From Chloroflexota bacterium (GTDB taxonomy: Bacteria > Chloroflexota > Anaerolineae > UBA2200 > JACIWT01), in NCBI GenBank assembly GCA_014360825.1, contig JACIWT010000002.1, positions 14,782 to 78,781 of the forward strand: a DNA stretch of 64,000 nucleotides, written 5' to 3'. Positions 1 through 10,487 of the stretch are shown here, in pieces (the stretch's first letter is position 1; each line of letters opens with the position of its first letter). A model generated the notes under the pieces. It saw only the letters and a program-made list of their open reading frames with translations. It was not told where the DNA came from and searched no databases. The position numbers and the translations under genes are program-made.

Positions 1-431
1 GCGACGATACTCTGCCTGGGCCCAGCGTAGTCATTCCATTATCAGAGTTGCACTACCGCTTCTCACACAGCAGTGGACCGGGCGGTCAGCATGTAAACCG
101 CACTGCCACGCGAGTGGAACTCTTATTCGATGTCCGTAACTCTCCCAGCCTGGATGAGCAGCAACGCGAACGCGTCCTGACAACATTGGCCTCATACATA
201 GACAAAGACGGCGTCCTACACCTTGCATCATCGGCTTCTCGCAGCCAGTTGCGCAACCGCGAGGAGGTCACGGTGCGGTTCATGACGCTGATACGCCGTG
301 CTCTGCGTTTGCCCAAACGGCGCCGACCGACGAGACCGACTCGGGAATCTCGGGAGAGGCGGTTGGCGGCCAAACGGCGCCGGAGCCAGATTAAGCAGGA
401 GAGAACACAGCGCGTTAGGTACGAGGAGTAA
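1..431 (+). CDS. arfB: ArfB/YaeJ-like alternative ribosome-rescue factor (GGQ peptidyl-tRNA hydrolase), 5' end truncated by window edge
   Basis: Frame stays open back to nt 3. GGQ motif SGPGGQHVNRT. Basic C-tail KRRRPTRPTRESRERRLAAKRRR matches the ArfB tail. TAA stop at 429-431. Confidence 0.75.
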   Translation, partial: DDTLPGPSVVIPLSELHYRFSHSSGPGGQHVNRTATRVELLFDVRNSPSLDEQQRERVLTTLASYIDKDGVLHLASSASRSQLRNREEVTVRFMTLIRRALRLPKRRRPTRPTRESRERRLAAKRRRSQIKQERTQRVRYEE

Positions 432-436
432 ATGGT

Positions 437-2992
437 ATGATTCCCTTGAAACTGAAACTTCGCAATTTTATGTGTTATCGCGGTGACATCGAACCCTTAG
501 ATTTCGAAGGCATCCATCTGGCTGTGTTGACCGGCGACAACGGCCACGGCAAGTCGGCTCTTCTGGATGCCATGACTTGGGCATTGTGGGGCAAATCCCG
601 CGCCCGCCACGATGATGACCTAGTTTCCCTGGGCGAGACGGAAATGGCAGTCCAGTTTGATTTCCTGCTGGGCAATAACCATTACCGCGTCGTCCGCAAG
701 CGCGATAAGGCAAAAGGCGGCCACTCATCGCTTGAGTTCCAAGTGCGAGCCAACGGCCATTTCCGCTCTATCAGCGAAGCCACGCTCCGTGCTACACAAG
801 AGAGGATCACGTCCACCCTTCGTATGGACTATGATACCTTCATCAACTCCGCTTTTCTGGTACAGGGGCGGGCGGATGAGTTTACACTGCGCCCACCCGC
901 GGAGCGAAAACGCGTGTTGGCGGAAATCTTGGGCCTGGGCCTATATGACGTGTACGAAGAACGAGCCAAAGAGCGAGCGCGGGCCTGTTTGGAGCAGGAA
1001 CGGCAGTTCGAAGCACTGATTGAGAGTACGGATCGAGAACTGGCAAAGCGCCCCCAGTATGAGGAGGAGCTAACTCGAGCCGAGGCGGAGGTGGCATCTC
1101 TCAACGCTAAGGTTAAGGAGGGGGAATCGGTGCTCTCCGAGATCCGGGAGCGAGTCCAAGAGTTGGAACTGAAACGCATGCAACTATCTGAGTTGGAGAA
1201 GCGTCTGGCAGAAGGCGAGCGGAGCCTACGAGAAGCCCAGCAAGCGGTTGCGGAGCACGAAGAGCGCGTCATAGCCTATGAGACTGCTTTGGCGCGTCGG
1301 GAGGAGATTGAAGCAGGCTACGCAACCTGGCACCGTGCTCGGCAAGTGGATGAAGACATGGGTCGGAAACTCTCGCAGTTGGTAGCGCTCAATGAAGAGA
1401 AAAACCGCTTGGAAAGAGTCATCGCCGAGGCTCGGAATCGGCTGGAAATAGAACAGCGCCTATTGGCTGAAAAAAAGGCTGCGCTTGAGCAACAAGAGGC
1501 CGCACTCCCTGAACTGGAGATCAGGCTAGCCGAGGCTCAGGCTGAAATAGCACGCCTGGAGGCTCTGAATGTCGAGCGCGAGGGATTGTTACGCCGTATC
1601 CAGGAACTGAACAGCGAAGTGGTGGCCCTGAAAGCAGCCAACGCACAATTGAAAGAGGAAATGCAATCTTTGAAAGAGCGGCTCGGATTATTAGAAGTCG
1701 CCAAAGCGAAATGTCCTCTCTGTGGACAAGATCTGGCGGAGCAGGATCGAATACGCCTGGTCGACGAGTTCAAAACCGAGGGCAAACAGAAGGGCGGCCT
1801 ATATCGGGAGAACTTGGCGCGCCTTCAAGAACTGGGTGAGCAAACGGAAACTCTGAAGGACCGGGTAGCCGAGATCGAGCACGCGTTGCGGGATCAAGCG
1901 GTCGCTCAGGGGCGTGCTGCGATGGCACAAAAGGCAGTGGATGACGCTAAGGCCGCAGTTCGAGAACTAGTCGGTATCCGGGCGACCTTGGCCGCGCTTG
2001 GGGAGCGACTGGCGGCAGGAGACTATGCGATGGAGGAACAAGCCCGCTTAGCACAGGTGATGGCGCAAGTGGCGGCGGTGGGCTACGATGCGACTGTTCA
2101 TGAGCGTGCACGTCAGCAGAGGGAAGAATACGCTCCATTTGAGACCTTGCAGGCTGAATTGGAGGCGGCGATCCGGTTACTGGAGACAGAGCGCGTGGCG
2201 TTGGAGAATGCACGGCGGCGTGTCGAACGGGAAACAGAGATTATGGCTGCTGAACGAGCGCGGGCGGATGAATTGCGGGCGGCTTTAGCCGAGCAACCCC
2301 AGGTTGTTTCGCGGTTACAGGCCGAAACGGAAACGCTGGAGGGTCTACGGACACAAGAAGCCAAAGCCCGGCTTGTCCTGGGTGCGGCACAACAGAAGCT
2401 AGACTATGCCGAACATCTGGAAAAGGAGCGGGAGAAATATCTTCAGGAGCACCAGCACGTCGCCAAAGAGCGATCTATCTACGAGGAACTGCGATCTGCC
2501 TTCAGCAAACGTGGCCTACAAGCGATGATTATCGAGAGCGCTCTGCCCGAGATCGAGGATGAGGCCAATGCTCTGTTGAGCCGTATGACCGAAGGGCGCA
2601 TGAGCGTCCGTCTGGAGACACAACGAGAGGCCAAGACGGGCGACACTCCCATAGAGACCCTCGATATCATTATCTCGGATGAGTATGGGCCCCGGGGCTA
2701 CGAAATGTATTCGGGGGGCGAGGCTTTCCGCGTCGATTTCGCTATCCGCATTGCTTTGAGCAGGCTGCTGGCTCGCCGCGCTGGGGCTCAACTCCAGACC
2801 CTCATCATTGATGAGGGCTTTGGCAGCCAGGATGCTCAGGGTCGAGAGCGTTTGGTGGAAGCGATCAAGTCCATAGAACAAGATTTCGCGCGTATTCTGG
2901 TGGTCACCCATATCGATGAATTAAAAGATGCGTTCCCCGTGCGCATTGATGTGTTCAAAACGCCAGCGGGCTCGCGATTTAGCATCAATTAG
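437..2992 (+). CDS. sbcC: SbcC/Rad50-family SMC-like ATPase (DNA double-strand break repair)
   Basis: Walker A GDNGHGKS, long coiled coil, CPLCGQ zinc hook, signature YSGGEAF, Walker B LIIDEGFGSQD, H-loop VVTHID. SD GAGGAG lies 8 nt upstream, inside the arfB 3' end. Confidence 0.85.
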   Translation: MIPLKLKLRNFMCYRGDIEPLDFEGIHLAVLTGDNGHGKSALLDAMTWALWGKSRARHDDDLVSLGETEMAVQFDFLLGNNHYRVVRKRDKAKGGHSSLEFQVRANGHFRSISEATLRATQERITSTLRMDYDTFINSAFLVQGRADEFTLRPPAERKRVLAEILGLGLYDVYEERAKERARACLEQERQFEALIESTDRELAKRPQYEEELTRAEAEVASLNAKVKEGESVLSEIRERVQELELKRMQLSELEKRLAEGERSLREAQQAVAEHEERVIAYETALARREEIEAGYATWHRARQVDEDMGRKLSQLVALNEEKNRLERVIAEARNRLEIEQRLLAEKKAALEQQEAALPELEIRLAEAQAEIARLEALNVEREGLLRRIQELNSEVVALKAANAQLKEEMQSLKERLGLLEVAKAKCPLCGQDLAEQDRIRLVDEFKTEGKQKGGLYRENLARLQELGEQTETLKDRVAEIEHALRDQAVAQGRAAMAQKAVDDAKAAVRELVGIRATLAALGERLAAGDYAMEEQARLAQVMAQVAAVGYDATVHERARQQREEYAPFETLQAELEAAIRLLETERVALENARRRVERETEIMAAERARADELRAALAEQPQVVSRLQAETETLEGLRTQEAKARLVLGAAQQKLDYAEHLEKEREKYLQEHQHVAKERSIYEELRSAFSKRGLQAMIIESALPEIEDEANALLSRMTEGRMSVRLETQREAKTGDTPIETLDIIISDEYGPRGYEMYSGGEAFRVDFAIRIALSRLLARRAGAQLQTLIIDEGFGSQDAQGRERLVEAIKSIEQDFARILVVTHIDELKDAFPVRIDVFKTPAGSRFSIN

Positions 2993-3011
2993 TTCGTGCG
3001 GGGACATAGTT

Positions 3012-3041
3012 TTGACCAAATCGATGAAAATGCTTTATACT
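3012..3041 (+). promoter_or_regulatory. sigma70-like promoter for the tRNA-Pro/Gly pair: TTGACC -18- TATACT
   Basis: -35 TTGACC at 3012-3017, -10 TATACT at 3036-3041; tRNA 5' end at 3057. Confidence 0.45.
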
Positions 3042-3056
3042 ATTAATACAAGGTAT

Positions 3057-3133
3057 CGGGGCGTGGCGCAGACCGGTAGCGCGCAGCGTTTGGGACGCTG
3101 AAGTCGGAGGTTCAAGTCCTCTCGCCCCGACCA
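3057..3133 (+). tRNA. tRNA-Pro (anticodon TGG), CCA encoded
   Basis: Cloverleaf CGGGGCG...CGCCCCG acceptor stem; anticodon loop TTTGGGA; TPsiC arm GGTTCAAGTCC. Confidence 0.85.
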
Positions 3134-3134
3134 A

Positions 3135-3206
3135 GCGGGTGTAGCTCAGTGGTAGAGCTCCTGCCTTCCAAGCAGGCTGTCGCGGGTTCAAATCCCGTCG
3201 CCCGCT
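3135..3206 (+). tRNA. tRNA-Gly (anticodon TCC)
   Basis: GCGGGTGTAGCTCAGTGGTAGAGC...; anticodon loop CTTCCAA; GGTTCAAATCC T-arm; no encoded CCA. Confidence 0.85.
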
Positions 3207-3216
3207 CTAATACAAA

Positions 3217-3250
3217 TGGCCCACCTAAACCAAGGTGGGCCATTGTGTTG
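3217..3250. terminator. bidirectional intrinsic terminator hairpin (tRNAs on +, lexA on -)
   Basis: Perfect 9-bp stem TGGCCCACC/GGTGGGCCA with an 8-nt loop. T-rich run on both sides (TTGTGTTG on +, TTTGTATT on -). Confidence 0.5.
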
Positions 3251-3320
3251 CCTCTGAATCTCATTCTAACGTTTGCAAAGGGGCTTGGTCATGATTCAAT
3301 GGGTCACGAGGAGTTCTCCA

Positions 3321-3980
3321 TCAGGTAAGATGGCGAACAACCATTACGACCTTGCCCTGGACCTCGAGATCACCAGCGTGCACAAAGATCGGTTGCACAG
3401 TTGGGTTCTCTGGCTGTAAACGTACCCGGTCCTTACCTTCGCGGAAGTAGCGCTTGAGCGTAGTTTCGCCACTGCTTTTGATCCATGCCGCTACCATATC
3501 GCCATTGCGCGGCTCCGCGTCCCGCAACATGACTACAATATCACCATCATTAATGAGTGCGTCGATCATAGAGTCACCTTTCACCTTGAGCGCAAAAAGC
3601 CTGCGGGGGTCTCCGACAAATTCGGGCATGAGTTCGCGAGTCAGCGTAACGGACTCATCTGAATCGAACATGGGGAAATCAGGATCGGGCAGTGGTACAG
3701 GGCTGTTGGCAACGATCACACCGGATATTGGCAAACGCACACAAGGCAGGTTCTCCTCTCCCTGGCGTTGCACTTTCAAGATAATGCCCCGGGCGATGTC
3801 CCGCATTCGCTCAATGTAACCTTTGCGCTCCAGGGTGTCCAAATGGTGCTTGACTACTGAGGTAGATGAAATATCGAGCGCCTCGGCGATCTCGCGGATA
3901 GTTGGCGGGAACTCGTGTTCTTTAGCGTATTCAAACAGGAAATCCAGGATTCGCTTCTGGCGAGGGGATAATTCTTCCAT
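3321..3980 (-). CDS. lexA: LexA repressor (S24 peptidase)
   Basis: wHTH N-term, cleavage region, GDSM active-site Ser motif, Lys in C-domain. Start at the ATG preceded by AAGGAG (the track ORF extends 14 codons further upstream). Confidence 0.9.
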   Translation of the reverse strand: MEELSPRQKRILDFLFEYAKEHEFPPTIREIAEALDISSTSVVKHHLDTLERKGYIERMRDIARGIILKVQRQGEENLPCVRLPISGVIVANSPVPLPDPDFPMFDSDESVTLTRELMPEFVGDPRRLFALKVKGDSMIDALINDGDIVVMLRDAEPRNGDMVAAWIKSSGETTLKRYFREGKDRVRLQPENPTVQPIFVHAGDLEVQGKVVMVVRHLT

Positions 3981-4070
3981 ATCCGCTCCTTCGTCTCTAG
4001 TAGATGCACAGATGACGAACAAATCGGTGAATTTATTTATATTTTGACTTGGGCATCTATCCAGAAGTAT

Positions 4071-4084
4071 AGCACAAGTGTTCT
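4071..4084. promoter_or_regulatory. candidate LexA (SOS) box AGCACAAGTGTTCT upstream of lexA, one mismatch to GAAC-N4-GTTC
   Basis: Half-sites GCAC / GTTC with a 4-nt spacer, compared with the perfect box upstream of uvrB in this window. Overlaps a possible TTGACT-N18-TATAGC promoter. Confidence 0.3.
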
Positions 4085-4312
4085 AATTTGTCAAATTGAG
4101 ATGGACACAAATGAAAAATGTAGCGGCGATTTGACAAAAACGGCGATATATGGTATCCTAGACCTGTCTGACAGGTAGACGACTAAACAGGCAGACATCT
4201 TCCGATGGTCAATCTGTCTGCTTGACATCGCGTCGAACAGATGAAGCGGACGATGTTGTCGTGAAAGGCACGTAGGGCAAGCCCAAAGAAGTCTTTTTGC
4301 AACCTCGGAACA

Positions 4313-5062
4313 ATGGAGCAGAGGAAGAGCCCACAATTAAACTTTTTGAAGGTAGGGCCAATTCGCCTTTTCGAGCAGGTTGCCGAGCAGATTCGCGCTC
4401 TCATAGTTGAGGGACATCTGCAACCAGGGGATAAACTGCCCAGTGAGTTGGAGCTCAGCGAAGCACTCGGTGTCAGCCGGGCGTCTATCCGTGAGGCATT
4501 GCGTGCGTTAGAGTCGAAAGGGTTAATTGAAGTTAGATCTGGGGCGGGTGCGTTTGTCGCATCACGCCCCTTTTCGTTGTTCTCCGCCTCGAGCGAAGCC
4601 GTCGAGTGGCTGATAAAACAGCGCGAGTCATTGCTGCAACTCCTTGAAGTCCGAGAAAGCGTGGAAGGCTTAACGGCCTCTTTGGCAGCAGCCTCTGTGT
4701 CCAGCGAATTGCTGGAAAAATTGGGTCAGGTTGTTCGAGAGCAGGAAAAATTGTCGGGGACACTGTCTGCTCTCGATCGGCAGGTCGAGTTAGACATCCG
4801 TTTTCACGAACTCATCGCTGAGGCGAGTGGTAATACCATAGCAGAAGAGATCGTGGATGCGATTGTGGCCCGTTTTTGCGATAGCAACCGTGCAATACTG
4901 TATCTTAACAAGGGAAACCTCGAGAAGACCATAACGGAACATCGTCGCGTCATCGAGGCCCTGGCTTCTGGAGATCGCGTCAAAGCCGAGGCCGCTATGC
5001 GCGCCCACATAGCCAGGGTGCGAGCAGACATCGAAAAAGTAGAGCAGGAATCGGAACAGTAA
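4313..5062 (+). CDS. GntR/FadR-family transcriptional regulator (N-terminal wHTH, C-terminal FCD domain)
   Basis: HTH segment SELELSEALGVSRASIREALRALESKGLIEVRSGAGAFV followed by an all-alpha FCD-like C-terminus. Confidence 0.85.
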   Translation: MEQRKSPQLNFLKVGPIRLFEQVAEQIRALIVEGHLQPGDKLPSELELSEALGVSRASIREALRALESKGLIEVRSGAGAFVASRPFSLFSASSEAVEWLIKQRESLLQLLEVRESVEGLTASLAAASVSSELLEKLGQVVREQEKLSGTLSALDRQVELDIRFHELIAEASGNTIAEEIVDAIVARFCDSNRAILYLNKGNLEKTITEHRRVIEALASGDRVKAEAAMRAHIARVRADIEKVEQESEQ

Positions 5063-5066
5063 TCAG

Positions 5067-6288
<1,222 letters not shown>

Positions 6289-6382
6289 GAAAGGTTCTCG
6301 TCGTCTTGCTGGGTTCCGAACCAACGTGCTGAACGGGGCCCGGTCCACCCTAGAGGTGCGGTGGCAGACGTGAGTTGGAGCA

Positions 6383-7779
6383 GTGAAAGTGGAGAAGGTG
6401 GATTTAGTAGTCAGATCAGGAAAAATCGTCCGCTCAGATGGCATTTTCGAGGCAGGGATAGCGGTTAAGGATGGGAAGATCGTCGCTATCGGGGAAGATT
6501 ATTTGCTCCCTAAAGCCAGCCAAACGATAGATGCCAAAGGCAAATTTGTGCTGGCGGGTGTGATTGACCCCCACGTGCACATGAGAGAGCCTGGGATTGT
6601 GGAAAGGGAGGATTGGATCACAGGCACCATGGCTGCTGCCGCAGGAGGGGTTACCACTGTGTTGGATCACCCCAATACTATACCCCCGGTGAACTGTGCC
6701 AGAAATTTGCTAGCCAAAAAAGAACTAGTTGCTGGCAAAGCACTGGTTGATTTTGTCTATTTGGTGGGAATGGCGCTACGAGCATTGAGAACATAGCGGA
6801 GCAGGCTGAAGCCGGAGCAGTGGCCTTCAAAACTTTCCTGTGGCCTTATCCTGACCGCAAAGACGAGTTCGAGGGCCTTACGTGCACCGATGATGATACC
6901 CTCCTCGACATTTTTGAGGAGGTGTCAAAGACAGGCCTGATCCAGTCTTTGCATGCAGAGAGCAAGCCCATTGTGGATCATTACACCAAAAAACTCGTTC
7001 GCGCAGGCCGCAGAAAGCCTATAGACCATGAAGACTCCAGGCCGGTTTTAGCAGAAGTGGAAGCCGTTTCTCGAGTCGTGCTTTTCGCTATCGAAACCGG
7101 AGTGAGGCTTAACATCCCTCACATCAGCAGCGGATCAGCTGCAGCAATAGTGAGAGAGGCAAAAAAGAGGGGTTATCGGAATATCACTGCCGAAACATGC
7201 CCTCAATATCTTTGTTTGACCAAAGAGCGCATGTTGGAGGTAGGGCCTTATGCTAAAGTGAATCCTCCTCTCCGCTCTCGAGAGGAGCAAGAAAAACTCT
7301 GGGAGTGTCTGCTGGACGGTACGATTGATACCATAGGCAGCGATCACGCCCCCCTTTTGCCAGAGCACAAAGAGAGAGGGTGGGAAGATATTTTTGCTGC
7401 ACCGGCCGGTAGTGCGGCGGTGGAATTTTCTCTACCAGTGATGCTCACCGCAGTTCATCAAGGCCGAATCGACCTGCAAACTCTCACCAAACTAATGTCT
7501 GAAAACGTGGCCAAACTCTACGGACTGTACCCACAGAAGGGAGTCATTCAGGTTGGCTCCGACGCCGATTTAGTTATCGTGGACATGGGAAGAGAAATGA
7601 CCATCGACCGACGCAGGGCACAGACCAAACAAAAAGATGCTGCACGCATGTTCGATGGCTGGCGTGTAGTGGGTGTCCCAATTATGACCATTGTCCGAGG
7701 TGCTGTGGTCATGTGTGATGGGGAGATAGTGGGTAGGCCTGGGTACGGCAAATTTATCTCTCCTTTGAAAGCGAGGTGA
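6383..7779 (+). pseudogene. pyrC: dihydroorotase-like cyclic amidohydrolase (pyrC) interrupted by a 1-nt frameshift in a G-run near 6763-6768
   Basis: DPHVHMREPG metal-binding N-term in frame 2 (6383-6796). Remainder (GNGATSIENIAEQAEAGAVAFKTFLW..., LHAES, TIGSDHAP) in frame 1 from 6751. One extra G in TTGGTGGGAATGG restores a continuous ~465-aa protein. Confidence 0.7.
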
Positions 7780-7856
7780 ATCCCCGGGCTATGCCTGTTT
7801 TTCCCCATCCAGAGAGCGCAGTTTGACCGGTGGGTTACCAGATTTCTGACTAGAAG

Positions 7857-8819
7857 ATGGCTGTGACCGCGTGTTGTGCATCTAATCGAAAGCGATTTCG
7901 CGACGTCTTGGCTATTCGTAACCCGGTTATACTTGGCTCTGGGCCTCCTGGTCACAGTGCCAAAGGTCTTGTTCGATATGGCCAGTATGCCGGAGCTGTG
8001 GTAAGCAAATCAATCACTTTCCTGCCACGGAAGGGCAATCCCCATCCCCGTGTTGTCAGTCTAGGGAATTTTGGGCTAATCAATTGGGAGAACCTTCCGA
8101 ACCCGGGCTACAAGCGATTTGCCGATGAATTGCGCGCTGCTAAGGCCCAGTGCAAGTGTCCAGTTATTGCTTCATTGGGCCCTTCTCACAATATAGACGA
8201 ACTCAGGACGATGGCTTTGAGCTTCGAAGAGGCGGGCGCTGATGCATTAGAGTTGAACTTTAAATGGGGCTTCGACCCGAATACCGGTCAAACTCGGTAT
8301 AACATGCAGGCTGGCAAAGAGGGCTTTGAGAGCACCTCCATTTTTGAGATCATTGTAACGCTGAAGAAAGCAGTGTCTATACCCATCATTGCCAAACTCG
8401 CGGCCTTGGCTGGCGATCTCGTGAATAACGCCAAGGCGGCAGAATCGGCAGGTGCTGATGCGATTACCGCTATCAATACCATTTTCCCGGCGATGAAAAT
8501 AGATATCACGCGGCAAAAACCAGCTCTCTCCACCTGTTTCGGTGGCTTATCTGGTAAGTCAATACTACCCTTATCCGTGGCTACAGTGTATAGGATCTAC
8601 GAAGCAGTGAATATACCGATCATTGGCTGCGGCGGTGTGACTTCTGGAGAGGATGCCCTAGAGATGATTATGGCCGGGGCGGATGCCGTTCAAATTTGCA
8701 CTGCCGCGATGGTGGAGGGCCCCTCTGTTTTCCGGCGCATCAACGATGAAATAAATACGTTAGTGAAGGGGATAGGGTTCGGTTCCGTGAATGAGTGCCG
8801 CGGGGTGGCACATCTCTAA
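7857..8819 (+). CDS. pyrD: dihydroorotate dehydrogenase-like FMN TIM-barrel protein (PyrD class 1 family); canonical catalytic Cys/Ser segment not conserved
   Basis: NPVILGSG, GNPHPRVV, GLINWENLPNPG and IIGCGGVTSGEDALEMIMAGA match the class 1 DHODH/DPD-like fold. The NLSCPN motif is replaced by NFKWGF. Exact start uncertain. Confidence 0.7.
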   Translation: MAVTACCASNRKRFRDVLAIRNPVILGSGPPGHSAKGLVRYGQYAGAVVSKSITFLPRKGNPHPRVVSLGNFGLINWENLPNPGYKRFADELRAAKAQCKCPVIASLGPSHNIDELRTMALSFEEAGADALELNFKWGFDPNTGQTRYNMQAGKEGFESTSIFEIIVTLKKAVSIPIIAKLAALAGDLVNNAKAAESAGADAITAINTIFPAMKIDITRQKPALSTCFGGLSGKSILPLSVATVYRIYEAVNIPIIGCGGVTSGEDALEMIMAGADAVQICTAAMVEGPSVFRRINDEINTLVKGIGFGSVNECRGVAHL

Positions 8820-8933
8820 ATACGCGCAATGGCTGCTGTGAGATTTCTCTCAGGAGCTGGCATTATTGGCCTATATTGGCCAATCGAAATGGAATAATCT
8901 ATCAATACAATTAACAATTAAGGAGGTTGGACA

Positions 8934-9911
8934 ATGAGGTTACTGATAGCTTTGGGCGGTAACGCGATAAAGCAAGCTCACGAGCAAGGCACCGCGGAGG
9001 AACAATTCAGGAACTGCGGGGTAACCACCAGATTCATTGCTGAGATTGTCGGCAGAATGGAAGAGGATGACCGGCTGATCATAACCCATGGCAATGGTCC
9101 GCAAGCAGGCAACCTTTTGGTGCAGCAAGAGATGAGCAAGGGTGTCGTACCCCCTCAGACGATGGACATCGTTGGAGCGATGACCCAAGGGCAGATAGGT
9201 TATATGCTTCAGCAGACGCTGATGAATTACCTGAAAGATAAAGGTTTGGATGTGCCTGTGTGCGCGGTAGTGAATCAAGTGTTGGTGAGTGGGGATGACC
9301 AGGAGTTCATTGGCGAAGCGGCTTCGAAGCCTGTGGGGAACTTTTTCACCGAGGAGGAAGCCAAGAGACTTAAGCAAGAGCATCCGGAGTACATCATAAA
9401 GAAAGTCAAACCGAATGGGGAGAGAGTTTGGAGGAGGACAGTACCATCTCCCGATCCAATAGCCAACGTGGAGAGCGAAGCGATCAAGCGGATGGTGGAT
9501 GCAGGCATCGTTGTCATTGCATCCGGGGGTGGGGGGATACCAGTGGTGTTAGATGAGAGAGGTCACTATCAGGGTGTGGAGGCGGTGATAGATAAAGACC
9601 TGGCCGGAGAGCGATTAGCGGAGGTGGTCAATGCGGACGTCTTCCTGATTTTGACCGATGTGGAGAAGGTGAAGTTGAACTTTGGCAAGCCTGATGAGAG
9701 GGAGATAGACCGGATGACGATATCGGAGGCCAAGAGATATCTGGCAGAGGGGCATTTTCTTGCCGGGAGCATGGGGCCCAAGGTCAAGGCGTGTATAAGG
9801 TTCTTAGAGTGGGGTGGGGAGACGGCGATCATAACCTCATTGGATAAGGCAATCGATGCTTTGGAGGGCAGGACTGGTACCAGGATTGTGCGAGATCGCG
9901 TTAAGAATTGA
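8934..9911 (+). CDS. arcC: carbamate kinase
   Basis: ALGGNA and THGNGPQAG motifs; length and overall similarity to ArcC. SD AAGGAGG upstream. Confidence 0.9.
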   Translation: MRLLIALGGNAIKQAHEQGTAEEQFRNCGVTTRFIAEIVGRMEEDDRLIITHGNGPQAGNLLVQQEMSKGVVPPQTMDIVGAMTQGQIGYMLQQTLMNYLKDKGLDVPVCAVVNQVLVSGDDQEFIGEAASKPVGNFFTEEEAKRLKQEHPEYIIKKVKPNGERVWRRTVPSPDPIANVESEAIKRMVDAGIVVIASGGGGIPVVLDERGHYQGVEAVIDKDLAGERLAEVVNADVFLILTDVEKVKLNFGKPDEREIDRMTISEAKRYLAEGHFLAGSMGPKVKACIRFLEWGGETAIITSLDKAIDALEGRTGTRIVRDRVKN

Positions 9912-9974
9912 GGCGTGGTAGAGGCCTTTGCATGGCTCGATAGAGGCAGGGTTTGGACATATTAGTGCAAAAGA

Positions 9975-10003
9975 AAAGGGTCTCCTGCAATGGGAGACCC
10001 TTT
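9975..10003. terminator. bidirectional intrinsic terminator between arcC (+) and the tRNA block (-)
   Basis: Perfect 10-bp stem AAGGGTCTCC/GGAGACCCTT with loop TGCAATG. TTTAT on + and TTTTCTTTT on -. Confidence 0.6.
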
Positions 10004-10065
10004 ATGCTATTTACACAAACTGGTTGTGAGACAAATGTCTGCAATTGGCGTGCAACCTATTGTAG

Positions 10066-10148
10066 TGGGGCGGGAGGGATTCGAACCCTCATGGAGTTGC
10101 CTCCAGCGGATTTTAAGTCCGCAGCGTCTGCCGTTTCGCCACCGCCCC
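10066..10148 (-). tRNA. tRNA-Leu (anticodon TAA), long variable arm
   Basis: Reverse complement GGGGCGGTGGCGAAACGGCAGACGCTGCGGACTTAAAATCCGC...; anticodon loop CTTAAAA; extra arm TGGAGGCAACTCCATGA. Confidence 0.85.
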
Positions 10149-10192
10149 AAAATGAAAAGAGCAGCCTCGCTACCAGCCCCAAAAACATACAG

Positions 10193-10264
10193 AGGCGACG
10201 ATCGGATTTGAACCGATGATCGGGGTTTTGCAGACCCCTGCCTTAGCCACTTGGCTACGTCGCC
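10193..10264 (-). tRNA. tRNA-Cys (anticodon GCA)
   Basis: Reverse complement GGCGACGTAGCCAAGTGG...GGGGTCTGCAAAACCCC...GGTTCAAATCC; anticodon loop CTGCAAA. Confidence 0.85.
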
Positions 10265-10268
10265 CCAC

Positions 10269-10343
10269 TGGAGCGGAAGACGGGATTCGAACCCGCGCCC
10301 CTCTCCTTGGCAAGGAGATGCTCTACCGCTGAGCCACTTCCGC
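10269..10343 (-). tRNA. tRNA-Gly (anticodon GCC), CCA encoded
   Basis: Reverse complement GCGGAAGTGGCTCAGCGGTAGAGCATCTCCTTGCCAAGGAGAGGGGCGCGGGTTCGAATCCCGTCTTCCGCTCCA. Confidence 0.85.
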
Positions 10344-10348
10344 CCATA

Positions 10349-10421
10349 TGCCGAGGCCCAGAATTGAACTGGGGACACCTTGATTTTCAGTCAAGTGCTC
10401 TACCATCTGAGCTACCTCGGC
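10349..10421 (-). tRNA. tRNA-Phe (anticodon GAA)
   Basis: Reverse complement GCCGAGGTAGCTCAGATGGTAGAGCACTTGACTGAAAATCAAGGTGTCCCCAGTTCAATTCTGGGCCTCGGCA. Confidence 0.85.
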
Positions 10422-10487
10422 TATCCCATTAGCTGCTTGTATTAATTTTATACGATGTTCGGGATATTGTCAAAATTAGCGCGGCGC

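Noticed and set aside
7857-7920. Alternative downstream TTG start for the pyrD-like gene (LAIRNPVIL)
   Set aside because: No Shine-Dalgarno precedes it, so the ATG at 7857 was kept with moderate confidence.
9953-10455. ORFs 9953-10219 (+), 9990-10211 (+) and 10007-10378 (-) in the ORF track
   Set aside because: They overlap four well-formed tRNA genes and a terminator hairpin, so they are not coding.
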